From Hydrolagus colliei (lineage: Eukaryota), in NCBI GenBank assembly GCA_035084275.1, contig CM068759.1, positions 7,874,001-7,938,000 of the forward strand: 64,000 nucleotides of DNA, given 5' to 3'. The translations under genes were made by a program, and so were the position numbers. Shown here in pieces: positions 18,502 through 32,465 of this stretch (the stretch's first letter is position 1; each line of letters opens with the position of its first letter). The notes under the pieces are model-generated. The model worked only from the letters and a program-made list of their open reading frames with translations. It ran no database searches and had not been told where the DNA came from.

Positions 18502-21500
18502 CACACACAAACACATTTCATAAATAATGACTGCCAGCGATAAATAAGGGAAAACCCAAGAATTAAATGAGAGATGACTTCAATAGAAAGGATGACACAG
18601 AAAGAGGCTGGTTTGAAAGAACAACAGGACGCCAAACACCTCAATGCGAATAAAAACACACACCAGGAGCCGGTCAGAGCAGCGGCCAGCCACACTCACC
18701 GACACGGTCAGAAACCATCCCCGGTACAGGCAGCTGGCAATCGGTGCCTCTCAACTGGTGCCTCTTTTTGCCAAACACAAAGGGAATGAGCACCGCACAC
18801 TCTGACACAGCTCACTGTGCTGACATGCACAGTTCTGGCAAATGTCACTCCATCTCCGCCCCTTTCTCATTAACTCTAACCAAACTGGCTCCTCCAGCTC
18901 CAAACCCTGCAAAGTCCTGCGCCGTGTTGGTTAGAGCGCTCGCCTCGCCAGCGAGAGGACCCGATCTCGATTCCCGGACAAGGTGAAACCTTAGGTAGGT
19001 TTGCTTACTCCACACGCCTGTCTACCTAGCAGTAAATAGGAACCCAGTTGTCAGTCGATTGGCGGATCGCTCTCCGGGGGCTATGTTAGGTGGTAAACAC
19101 AGCATCCAATCCATAGCAGTGACATCCGACAACAACAACAATTTGCAATTGATATAGAGTCCATCACAGTATATCTTCAGAACACTTCATAAAATGAGGC
19201 AGGAAGGGGGGGGTGGGGGGACGGGGATGGGCAGACAGAACACTGACCCAACACTAGAAGTGCGGTTGAAGAGATAGATTTTTAGGTGGGATTTTAAAGA
19301 CAGACAAAAGGGGGTGAGAGCAGGGTAAAGGGGATCAGTTCCGGAGGTTGGGGGCTGTAGGAACTGGGGGAACACAGCAAATCACATTTACACAGCGTCT
19401 TTCATGTCGGGAGGACATCCCAAGGCACTGGACTGTCAGGGAGAACGAAGGTGCAGTTGAAAGAGGTAGGTCTTTGGAAAGTACTTGCTGGAGGCAATAG
19501 AGGGAGTGAGGCAGAGGGACTGTTGGGATGGAGTTCCAGTAGGTGAGGACAGAAAGGCTGCAGACACGACTACTGATGGTGGGGCAGGGCAGGGTGAGAG
19601 ATATGGAACAGGCTGGAGCCTGCTGAGCAAAGGGAGCCATTTGTTGGTAAACAAGAGAGGAACATTGGCCAGACTACCAGGCAGCTTCCTTCTCCTCGGA
19701 CAATCAGTACAGGAGAATACACTGAGGTCAGTCACTCCACTGTGGGTGACTCTGCCATTGGCAACAAGACTGAAAAGCTTGGAAATTAAGAAAATAATAG
19801 CAAGAGTGACTGCTTGACTAAGTAATAGATAAATACCCCTCTGTCTTGTCACCGCTTGTTATTCACGGCTAATTTATTGCAGAAAAAAATCCCTTCCCCA
19901 AATCAAGTGCATGTAACTGTTGCTGTATTGGGAATGCTCACGTCTTCTCTGTGAGAGATGTGACCTGGACACACAGTGTGGTGCCTTGTGGGGGAGGCTT
20001 CCTGTGCAGAGCAGATGTTTAGCTGCTGGGGAGCGGGGGGTTGGGGGGAGGGGGGAATAATCTATCAATCTGTGATCTCTGAAACCAGGGATTTTTTTTT
20101 TTTTTTTAAACAGGGGATAAATATATACAGTATTCATACAATAATAATTCTTGCATATGGTACAGTGCCTTTCACTTCAGGACAACAACTCAAAGCGCTT
20201 CACAGGATACACTGTAAAGTGCAGTGACTGTGCACTTTGCGGGCGAGATGCAGCACTCAGTTGCTCACAGCAGTGACCCATGAGCAGCTATGAAGTGAGT
20301 GAGTGATCAGTTTTATTTGGAGGATTGTTGGCCAGGACACAAGGAGAGAGAAACTCACCCTCGCTTTGTGAATAGCGCCACGGGATCTTTAATGTCCACC
20401 TGAACAGGCAGCCGGGAGCTCGGTGTAATGTCTTATCCAAAGGACGGCACCTCCGACAATGCAGGGAAGCGACAGCTTGTGTGGGACCCAGAAAAGTGTG
20501 GAGTCCTGTAGCTCAGTGGTGAGAGCACTCGCCTTACACACGTGAGACCTTTGTTCAAGTCTAGGCTAGGGAACGGCGATATGGGAATTTTCCGGATATG
20601 GATATATCGGTTGGCTCCTATCGAGATATACCGAAATATCGGTATATTCCATTTTTTCATACTGCACATGCGCGCGCATCGGAGTGCGCCCGCATTCCGG
20701 GTGCGCGCGCATTCGGGGCCGATTTTCTCAGGAGGTAAATATCTTTCTCTCTCTGTGTCTCTCACTCTCGCCATCTCTGTGTTTTTCTGTCTGTGTCTCT
20801 CTATGTCTCTCTCCCTCTCTCCTCTCTCACATCCCCCACCATCTCTATCTATCTGTATATTATCACATCCACCCCGTCTCTCCCCCCCCCCCCCCCCCCC
20901 CACCGCCGTCCCTCTCTCGCACCCCCCACCCCCGTCGTCTCTCTCCCCCACCACCCCCCCCAGCCGTCTCTCTCCCCCTCCCCCCAGCCGTCTCTCTCCC
21001 CCTCTCCTCCCCCCCGCCGCCGTCTCTCTCCCTCTCCCCCCACCGTCCCTCGCTCTCTCCCTCCCCCCAGCCGTCACTCTCCCCCTCTCCTCCCCCCCCC
21101 CGGGTCTCTCTCCCTCCCCCCCCAGCCGTCTCTCTCTCCCTCCCCCCAGCCGTCTCTCTCCCCCTCTCCTCCCCCCCCCCCGCCGTCTCTCTCTCCCCCC
21201 CCCAGCCGTCTCTCTCCCCCTCCCCCCAGCCGTCTCTCTCCCCCTCTCCTCCCCCCCCCAGCCATCTCTCCCCCTCTCCCCCCCACCAGCCGTCTCTCTC
21301 CCCTCTCCCCCCCCCAGCCATCTCTCTCCCCCTCTCCCCCCCCAGCCGTCTATCTGCCCCTCCCCCCAGCCGTCTCTCTTCCCCTCTCCTCCCCCCAGCC
21401 GTCTATCTCCCCCTCTCCCCCCCCAGCCGTCTATCTCCCCCTCCCCCCAGCCGTCTCTCTCCCCCACAACCCCCCCCAGCCGTCTCTCTCCCCCTCACCT

Positions 21501-24500
21501 CCCCCCAGCAGTCTCTCTCCCCCTCACCCCCCACCCCCAGCAGTCTCTCTCCGCCTCACCCCACCCACCCACAGCCGTCTCTCTCACCCCACCCCTTGCA
21601 TACCTGTATTATGTATTCGAGGACTATGAATACAAGATGGCGGCTTTGCACCTCGGTCTGTGCATTGTGTATAAAGATCAGCATTCTGGGTCTTGTAGTT
21701 GATTGTGCTCGCATCCCGATTTTTTACCTCGATATATCATTTTTCGATATATCGGTATTTTTAAAATGTCTATATCGGCATACCGATATGAAAGTCATAT
21801 CGGGTTTTACCGATATATCGCCGTTCCCTAGTCTAGGCACATCAGAGCGAAACCTTGGGCAAGTTTCCTTACTCCACACGCCTAATGATAATCCGTCCAA
21901 AAAGGAACCACAATGATAAAATTGGTCATTTTCAATCCACAACTGTTTGTGGGACACTCCCGTGCACAATTGGCTGCCGGGTTTCGCCCATAAATGTAAC
22001 AGTCAATTGACTTTACAATATATTCTGTGAAACGCTTTGAGGTGTCCAGAAGACGTGAAAAAGCGCTAGATCAAAAAATGCAAGGATTATTTAAAACCTC
22101 AAAGACAACAGATAAAGCGGGTGCTAGAGGGTCATGGACTGGAGTGATGGCCGGCGACGAAGACATAAATGAAATCGATGAAACGCAGCCTCTCTGTGAG
22201 AACGGACAAAGATCGACTCTCACTGGGAGCCTCGTAATTATCCCTCACTCTGTGATCTCAGTTGCCAAGGAAGCCGTACGCAACAGTAACAGAGGGTCAT
22301 CAAGTATTAACCCTCACTCAATGCTCCCACCTAAACATACAATCCCTGACACACTATCCTGGGCCCAGTTCAACTCACACATGCACACACACACACACAC
22401 GCACACGCGCACACTCATACACTGTCCTGGCATAGTGAGAGTTTACACACACTAGCACGCTGTACAACAACAGCTATACGGGTTGCTCTTATAGTATTGA
22501 TGACACTAACACAGAGGGTTTATATAATAATATTAATAATCCTTGCATTCGATATAGCACCGTATCGCATCTTGGCGATGTCTCAAAGCACTTTGCATAA
22601 TATACTGTAAAGTGAAAATTGCCTGTACATTTTGTTGGCGAAACACGGCAGCCAATTGCGCACAGCAGTGACCCACAAACAGTCATGGATTGAATGACCA
22701 AATTATTATCCTTATTTTTTATAAGACAATCATTTTTGAAGGGATTATTACCCTGGAAAATCGCCAATCGAACTGTGTTCCTACTTACTGCTAGGTAAAC
22801 AGAAGAGTGTGGAGTAAGGAAACTTGCCCAACATGTTGCCCTGCTGGGAACTGAACTCAGGTCCCCTCATCTTGCAAGGTGAATGCTCTAACCACTGAGC
22901 TTCAGACTCCACAGTGCTCTACAGGAGTACCAACAGCAACTTGCACTCCACACATTGCTCTTTCTCAAGAGCGCTTTACGGTAACAAAGCCTGACTCCGA
23001 GCTGGGGATGGAGGAAGGTGAGGAAGTGACCGTAAGCACTCATTTGTTATGTGACAGTACAGGCCATGAAAGGCATTGAATCCCCCCCTCCAACAACCCA
23101 CCCCCGGGTACCTTGTTAAAGTCCTCAGATGTGGCCCTCATCTCTTTCCAGGTCTTGTTCAATAACTGGATACAGATGTAGAAGAATTCCTCAAAAGCTC
23201 TCTCGTGGGTGAAGAACATCGGATGATACTCGTTACAGCCCTCGTTAGCTGCCAACACAAGACACCGGCCTTTACTAGTGAGACCGTGGCTTTACCAGCA
23301 CCACCACCACCACCACGTTTAACCAGAGACCATGGTTCACCAGTGCCTTTCAAGAAGCTACAGCAACAGAGAGCTTATGGAGCAAAGGAGGGTAATTGGA
23401 GTTGAGGTACAGATCAGCTAGGATCTTGTAGAACGGTTGAAAATCCTTTACAGGTAGAATGTAACGCTGGGCTGCCGTGTTTCGCCCACAAATATACAGT
23501 CGGCTTTCCTGCTCTCCTTCCCCCTACCTCCCTACACCCCTACCCCGACTCCTCCCCATCTTTCCCCCCTTTTGTCCCCAAATCCCACTTTGATGACTGT
23601 TTGTGGGACACTGCTGTGTGCCATTTGGCTGCCGCGTTTCGCCCACAAATATTCAGTCAATTTTCTTGCTCTCCTTCACCCTACCCCGACCCCTCCCCAC
23701 CTGCTTTTGTCCCTAGCTAACTGTACAGCGCCTTGGGACGTCTTCTCGACGTGAAAGGCGCTATATAAATGTAAGTTTTGATTGATATGATTGATTGAAT
23801 GGCCCACTCCTGTCCCTATCCCCTTCCCCATCGCTACTCCCACATTAGTCCTCAAGGGTTTAAAGCCACACCCACCCTCCCACCGCCGAGAGCGAGACTC
23901 CCGAGTCTGTGGTGTTTGGGAGTGTTTGGTGGAAGGAGACTTACGCAGCTCTCCGACCTGCAGGATCTCACACAGCATCCTGGTCAGCTCAATGCTACTG
24001 CGCCCAAACGGACATTCGTGTTTGTCCTCCCGGCTGCTGTTCTCCAAGACAACCTGCAGGTGACGCAATGTGCAATCAATAAGAATAATAATGATCATAG
24101 TAATCCTTGCATTTGATACAGCATCTTATCACATCGTTTAGATGTCTCCAGAATATCCTGTAAAGTGAGCTGACACTATTTTGTGGGTGAAATGCGGCAC
24201 CCAACTGCGCACAGGAAAAACAACAGTCCGGAGTGAGTGACCAATTTTTGACTGACCATCCGATTAGCATCCGGGTTCCTACTTACTGCTAGATAAACAG
24301 AGGCGTGTGGAGAAGACAACTTTCCTAAGCTTTAGTCCTGCCTAGGAATTGAAACGTCTTTCCCGTTTGCGAGACGTGAGCTTTAAACAATATGTTACCG
24401 GATTTCACAATTACATTTGTATAGCGTCTTTCAGGAGGAGGATGTCTCAACGCATCGGATAGTCGAGAATTTGCACCCGAGAAGTGGGTTGGATGAGGAG

Positions 24501-27500
24501 GGCTGGGGCATCAGGCCAGGAGGATGACTGAAGGCACATTCGAATAGGAGGATGTTGAGACACGCCTTGAAGGAAGCAATGGATAGGGCGAGGTCAACTG
24601 AGGGATGGAGTTCCAATGGGGGTGGGTCGGCCTAAAGGCTGAAGTCCCAATTGCCAATGGTGGGCTGGGCCGGGTGGTGAGGGAGCATGGAGCAGGAGTG
24701 CGCCCACTAAACGGAAGGGTAGAGACAGGGTCTCAGCGCCCTCAAGCATTTCATGGGGCACATCCATACAAAATCACATGGGCAGGGTAATGGGTCTCGC
24801 TGGTTACCCTGATGTATGTGTCCTGGTGAAGTTTGGCGAGGTACAGCATGTTATCCAATGCCAGCATCCCGGGCGGAGTCTGGGTGAAATCCACAGCTGG
24901 GTTCACGTGGTTCTGTAAAGAGACAGACGGGGACATGAGAGCACGACAGTGAGGCCCATTGTGTGTGTATTTGCATTTTTAAAATATAGCTCATCAACGA
25001 TAGGAGGTCTCCTAAACAATATGCCCATGACACTCTGGCTTGCCTTTCCAATTAGGTATAAATCATGTCTCTACGTCAATTAGTTGTTGCGTTATTGGTT
25101 GTTGCGTTATTGACGGAGACACAAACACTTTGCCTTTCTTAGCATAGATATGTATGTTTGTAAATCATAGGATCACACAGCACAGAAGGAGGCCATTTGG
25201 CCCATCATGTCTGTGCCGATTCTTTGAAAAGAGCTGTCCAAATCAATCCCACTCCACTGCTTTCTCCCCAAAGCCCTGCAAACTTGTCCCCCCAAAATAA
25301 TTAGCCACTTCTTTCTTAAAAGGTGTTATTAAATCGGCTTCCACCACCTATGCAGGCAATGCATTCATGATCCTAACAACTCACTGTGGGAAAAAGTATT
25401 TGACTCTGTCTCTTTTAACAACTATTTTAAATTGGTGTGTACGCATGTATATATGTGCATGTGTGCTTGTATTCCCTGCATACGCGCGACTCTTGTGTGT
25501 GTGTGTGTGTGTGCGTGCGTGCGTGTGTGTGCGTGCGTGCGTGTGCGCGCAGCGCGCGCGCCCATGTTGTGTGGATGGGGTTAGGAAGACCATGCTAACA
25601 TACCGTGAAGCCCAACATTTTGTAATCCCGAGTGTACATGGCTTTACGCTTCTCCACGTTGCTGTTGTTTGGGTCCGATTCGGCATCGAACGCGATCCTT
25701 CGCAGTTCAAATATGATGTCCCTCTGGGCCTGGGGGAGAGCGGGAACGCATCAACAACAACAAATTACATTTGTAAAGCACCTTTCACATCAGGAGGATG
25801 TCCCAAGGCATTGGCGCTTTTTCATTTCCTAGCCCTTCACTTTTCCAAAACACACACACACATATACACAGAGCACTGCCCAATCCAACCAACCACAAGC
25901 ACAACACAGCATAGCCAGAGAGATCCATGCCAATGGGACTTTGGCTCCCAGGATTTAGGTCTCGACTACACTATCACATCTCACTGCTGAGCAGGCGGGC
26001 TGGTCAACAGTTGACAATGAGACCTAGCTGTGCCTTAATGGGCAGTGACAGAGTAGAATTCCCACCAGTGACATGTTTCTACTGACCCCCCCCCATCCCA
26101 AGACAATCACTCCCATCCTCTGCTCTGCAGGTTCTGGCCTGCTCCACGTGCCCTCGCCCTGCACGCTCCACCATTAGCGGTCAGGCCTTTAGCCTTTCCG
26201 CCCCCAACCGCTGGAACTCTAACCCCCACCTCCACCTCGCCCCCACCCTCCCTCGCGTTCCCCGTGCTGACCATCCTCTGGGTGGAAGCTGGAGGCTGAC
26301 CTGATCTTGAGGGTCCATCTTGGTCATCATTCTCTCCTCCAGAAGGTTAAAGGTCAGCACCTGGAGCACATACAGCTGATGGGCCATCTCGGTTTTGATT
26401 GGCCGGTTCCCACGGATGATGTGCTGGGTGTAGACGCCATATGTTACTCATAATAATCCTCGCATTCCATAGAGCGCCTCGCGGAGACGCCTCAAAGCGC
26501 TTCGCAGGATTTGCTGTAAAGCCGTGGGTTGACTGTACATTTTGTGGGCAAAACCCAGGAGCCAATTGCGCTCAGCCGTGTCCCACAAAACAGTCGTACA
26601 TTGAGTGACCAAATCATTATTAATCTCTTTTCATTCATTCTTTGGAGGGATTATTACCCCCGGAAAGTGATCTGCCAATCCACTTAAATAAATAAGGGTT
26701 CCTACTTACTAATAAACAGTGGAATAAGGAAGTTTGGCTAAGATTTTACCCCAATCGGGAATTGAACCCAGTCCTCTCACTTGTGAGGCAAGCTCACTGA
26801 CCACAACGCTACGGGAATGCACTTCTGGATACAATAGAGTTTCACTGACTGCAAAACACTCAAACTGTCCATTGGGCCCATTTAGTCCAGTTAGTTTTAT
26901 ACTTCAAACGAGTCACCAATCACCCTAAAAGCCACAGAGTGAGTGACCAACTTTTTATTTGTAGGAGGTTGTAGGCCAGGACAGCGGGAGAGAGAAAAAG
27001 TCTCTTCCCTTTGCGAGTAGTGCCATGGGATCTTTAACGTCCACCTAAACAGGCAGATTGGACCTCGGTTAAAGGTCTCATCTGAAGGATGGCAACTCCA
27101 ACCCCCAGTGCTGCAATGGAGTGTTAGCTGCTAGGTGACGGAGTCTGGTTTGAACTCACACGATTTTGACTCGAAGAGAGTGCCATCACTGTGCCAGGCT
27201 GTGGAGAGCAGAGCCTGGGGAATTACATCTCACTGTCTTACTCACGTTTAATATGATGGTTCTCAGGTGCTTCTGGGCTAAGGCACTGGACATCTCCTGT
27301 GGGGACACAGCAAGGACTTGAGAGAAACATTGAGCGGAGGCAATGGGCCCATCACACTGACTGTACAGTGAATGAGACTCTCCGCACAATGATACAGCAC
27401 AGAAAGAGGCCATTCAGCCCAACAGGGTCCCAGCCATTTAACCCCCTCCTCCCCTCTCGCTCTCCCTCGTTGCAGAGACACATCGTACAGGCACAGGGAA

Positions 27501-30500
27501 CCATGTACATTTACGCAACAATTGTAGACAATTCAGCCCATCATTGCGCCTGTACTGCCACTCGAAAATAGTTTTTCTCTGGTTAGAGTTATTCTCCTCG
27601 CTTCACACAAACACACAATAATAATGGTAGTAATTGTATTCGAGAATAACTTGTGTGGGTTTATGGACGGAGTTTTGAGCCGAGAATAAAATAGTTACCT
27701 GATACACCTGAGGCGTGAGAATCATTACGAGTACCAAGGGGTGTTTAAACATCCACCTGAATCCAGTGGACTTACTTTAACCTTTCATCCGAAGGACAGC
27801 ACCTCCACCAACCTGGCACTGCACTAAAGTCAGCCTAGCCCGTGAGCTCAATGTCCAAAAATCGTGGTATTATAAGGCACAGAAGGAGGCCATTTGGCAC
27901 CATCGTGTGTGTGTGCTGCCTCGTTGAAAAGAGCTGTCCAAATCAATCCCACTCCCCAGCGCTTTCCCCATAGCCCTGCAAACGAATCCTCACCAAATCA
28001 TTATCTAACCATCTCCCCACTGAGTCAGGCTGATTGCCTGGGCTGACACTCAGGCAGCAGCGGGGTTAAGGGTCTGGTGAGTATTGGGCGCTGAGATTAA
28101 AAGATCTGATAAACTGTGACACAGACTGAATGCGCTGCTTTCCCCTTTTCATTGCTCCATTACAACAACAAGAAAATGGACATTTTTATAGAGCCTTTCA
28201 CGTCGGGAGGCCGTCCCAAGGAGCTGGACGGTCAGTGTTTCAGACCCGAGCTGGGGCCGGGTTCGGGGAGGGTGGAGGGAAAGGAGGGGAAGCGGGGTGA
28301 CCGATGGCACATCTCATTCACGCCGGTTCCACCTGACTGTGTGCCGAGACCCTGAGTTGACATTCCTAAGAGGACAGTTTGCTCGGAATTAACAGTCAGG
28401 AACAAGAGGTGGGAACAACATTAACCCATTAACCCACGGCAACAACTTTCCTCTCTCCCCCCCCCCCCCCCCGCCCCCCCCTCCCACTCCCGTCTCACTT
28501 TCTCAGCGTCTGCGCTGGTGCTAGTTCTCTGCTCTAATCCCATTCCCTGCTCTCTCGGGTGTATTTCCAAATCCCTCTAACATGGGTGTTACGGACTTGT
28601 CGTGATCAGATGCTTGACGCTGACTGTGTAAGTGACTGTGGTTTAAACACTACGGCGTGAACTCCGAGAGAAGCACAGGGGGGGCAAGTCAGTCACTACT
28701 TACTGTCAGAGGCAGGTGCAGAGCAGGCTCCTGCCCTCCTGAGGGGGAGCAGACAGACTGGAGGTGACGGGGAAGAGAGAGAGCGAGCGAGCACCAAAGC
28801 ACAGCAACCAACCAACCATGTCCATAAAGCATGCGGCAGAACAGCAACAGAGAGCAGCGTTAGTGACAGAGGGGGGGGGGGCAAAACACACCCGGGGGAG
28901 CGGCAAACTCAGACAGACAAGTTGGGCTAGAACTGTCTCGCGCACACACACACGCATACATATGCAAGCAAACACACACACACAAATGCATGCATACACA
29001 CACATACACACACGCGCGCACAAAGATACATACGTTCACATACAATCTCACACACACACACACAATGCACACACACAAATACAAACACGCACTCATATAC
29101 ACGCACACATAAGCAGAGGCACAGACTTAAATGTATACACACCCACACGCACACACTGAACAAAGTGAGACGGAGAGAAGCTGACCTGTCTCCGGTCCTC
29201 TGGAGCTTTCAGGAACAATGCGTTGATGAGCGCGATGGCGTACGTCTGAATCTCTTGGTTTGAGCTGTAAACAGAGCGACACCTTCACAATCAGTCCCCA
29301 AGCTCACAACAGTAACAATTCCGAGACCTTTACACACCAGGCATAGTGAGGGTTAACTAACTGACAACAACTTGCATTTATCTAATTATATAGTTCAAGC
29401 GTTTTGGGGCGTAGTGGCTGAAAGTACGACCTCCAATGGCGGGGCGGAGGGTGTGAGGGGTAACAGGAAGGCCCATGCTAGCGACATCTAGCCACAGAAC
29501 CTTGATTTGGTCTCACAAGTTGCAGTAATAATAATCCTTGCAAATGATAACCTTGTTACTGCAAAACCTGGAGGCTATCTATGTTGCACATGGGATTCTG
29601 AATAGATTCCTAGAGTCAGGAGCGTATCTGAGCTTTCCCTCATTCTCACAAGTTCTTGAGTTCATCCAAGTGCCTGAAAATCGACTAACTTCCCTTTTCC
29701 AAATTGCAGAAGTATCATTTTTGTTAGAAGATTTCTAGTCTGTGTGAACACAACAGTGACTCATTATCTCTCGAAGTTCTGTAAATCAGTACGTTCTGTG
29801 GATTCCGCCCGTGTACTTCTGTTTTTCCTCTGTATCCTTCAATTAAGTTACTTGTTTGCGGAGCCGATAAAACGGTATTTCAGCCTCCCCCATGCTGAGA
29901 CTCAGACGCTGTAAAATCATTCTCATTCCTCTGAATCTTGTTCACATCAATCGATATCTTTCGCCGGGGACAGGCAAAAGGACTGTGTCGCCTCTGGGTT
30001 CAGTTTCCTGCTTGGAGAGACCGTCTGAAGTACAGTCGTCTAAAACCATTCTAAAAACAGTGCTGGCCAAGCTTTTACGATCGGCCAACAAAATAAAAGT
30101 TCTGGATCGAATTTCTCTTGATTTATTCCATGAATCAGTCAAGAAAAACCTGAAATGTTGTTGGCTGCAGCCATGGACCATGCGGGAAGTGGGGGGGGGG
30201 GGGTGGGGGGGGGAGGGCAAGGCAGAGGGATTGAGGGAAGAGTGTTCCAGAGTTTGGGGGCATAGTGGCTGAAAGCGCGACCTTCGATGGTAAGGCGGAG
30301 GGTGGGGTGAGGGACCAGTAGGACTTCCGTCGTGCAGTAAGTTTGCACTCATCCAGTCCCTCATGTCTGCCAGACAAGCTGATAAAAACATCAGCGAATC
30401 TAGAGTCGATTGCTGGAGGAGGCGAAGTAGATTTGTGTGTCCATCCCAATACGTGTGGACGTTTACCCCGCATCTAACTAAACGAAACTAACTTAAGTGA

Positions 30501-31692
30501 GCTTATAACATGGGTAACTATGTTCCCGTGTCGACTATCTAAGTTACGTCGACAAAGTTACTAACTTATTGACTGCGGCGGCTTCTAAGGGGGATCCATT
30601 CTCTCTCCGGAGAAGGCAGAGGATGGCGACTGCAGGACTGAGCCGTGGCCAGCAGAGGGTGGTGTCTCCCTGCATCTCCACCGTGGCCCCGCAGCCCACA
30701 CGCAACATTTCTGGAGCACAAACGTTAGACCCCCGGGGGTAACTGCTGGAGGCTAAACAGCTAAAGCCGCATAGCTTATTATTGATATTGCCATCTGGAA
30801 AGCATTCCTGCTGCCTGTCCTCCCACCCAAGGACCACCCCACCCGTTCGCTTTTGACGGGTTTGGCCTCTCTCTCCCTGTGCAATGGAAGTGTTTCCATC
30901 CCTTTAAAAACGTCCGTCATCGCTCCCATCCTTAAAAGACCCTCCCTGGACCCATCGCTGCTCTCAAATTACCGCCCCCGTCTCCAACCTCCCTTTCCTT
31001 TCCAAGATCCTGGAACGGGTCATTGTTTCCCGGCTTCGCTCCTTCCTCGCCCACCATTCCCATCACAAACCCCCCCCACCCACCACCCACCCACCCCAAT
31101 CAGGTTTCCCACAGCACAGAAGCAGCTTCGGTCAAAGTGACGAATGACATTTAGTCCATCTATGATGAGCAGGCTGCATGTGTGTGTGTGTGTGTGGGTG
31201 AGAGGGTGTGTGTGTGTGTGTGAGTGAGCAGGCTGTGTATGTGTGTGTGTGGGTGAGTGGGCTGTGTGTGTGTGTGTGTGGGTGAGAGGGTGTGTGTGTG
31301 TGTGTGAGTGAGCAGGCTGTGTATGTGTGTGTGTGGGTGAGTGGGCTGTGTGTGTGAGGGTGGGAGTGAGTGGGCTGTGTGTGTGGGGGTGTGTGGGTTG
31401 GCGAGATGTGTGTGTGCATGTTTGTGGGGGTGGGGGGGGGCTGTGTGTAGCCCCCCCCACCCCCACACCCCCTGGTGGGATACTCACACCTGCAGGTGAG
31501 CGATGAGCTGCCCCACAGTGATCTCCTGGGCCACCCGTTGATACAGGCTCTGGCTGTTGAGCACCATACTCTCCAGAATAGCGAGAGAGCGCTGCAGCAG
31601 AGAGGCGTCCACACTGGGCAGGTTCACATAGCCCGCAATCTGCCAGGGAGAGACAGAGCGAGAGTGGGTACCAACACAGAGAGACAGAGTAT

Positions 31693-31729
<37 letters not shown>

Positions 31730-32429
31730 GGGGGGGGGGGGGGACAGAGGGAGAGGGTGTCAGCGGGGAGAGAACGTGATTGAGAGAGTGCGAGAGAATT
31801 CATAAAAATAGTCATCCTTGCATTTGATATAGTGTCTTTGACGTTTTCTAGACGTCTCAAAGCGCTTTAGAGAATATACTGTAAAGTGAATTGACTGTAT
31901 ATTTGTGGGCGAAACACAGCGGCCAATTGCGCACAGCAGTGTCCCACACACAGCCGTGCATTGAAAATAACCTATTTATTATGGCGTGTTTTTTTGGACA
32001 CATTGTTAGCTCAGAAATTAGCAAAGAAAGAGAGGGGCGGGTGTGGAGGGTATCAGCACAGAGAGAGAGTATTGGGCAGAGGGAGACTGTGGAATAAACC
32101 CCTTCCATAACACAAGTGAACCCACAGAGAGCGAGGGAGTCAGTGAAGCGGGGAGTGAGTGGGAGAGAATCAGTGTAGGTTGGCAGCCAGGGGGAGAGAG
32201 GGAGGGAGGGAGGGAGGGAGGGACTGCTGTGGGAACGGATCTCGGCTAAAGCTGCCTCTGCAGTTTCCCACGGGATGCTGAGCCTGAAATCTGGAATTAC
32301 TTCCCAGCTCCTAACCTCAGTGTCGGGGGCACATGGAAAGCTTGCAGACTGAGCAGAACATTCCAGAACCGCCGAGGAGGCCGCTCTCCCCTCCCCCAGC
32401 TGTAAATACCCAATCTCCCACTCAGACCC

Positions 32430-32465
<36 letters not shown>

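Noticed and set aside
20433-21916. Long Pro-rich/Gly-rich ORFs of 278-410 aa
   Set aside because: Stop-free translations of the C-rich tandem array inside the hAT MITE; open in several frames on both strands, no domain
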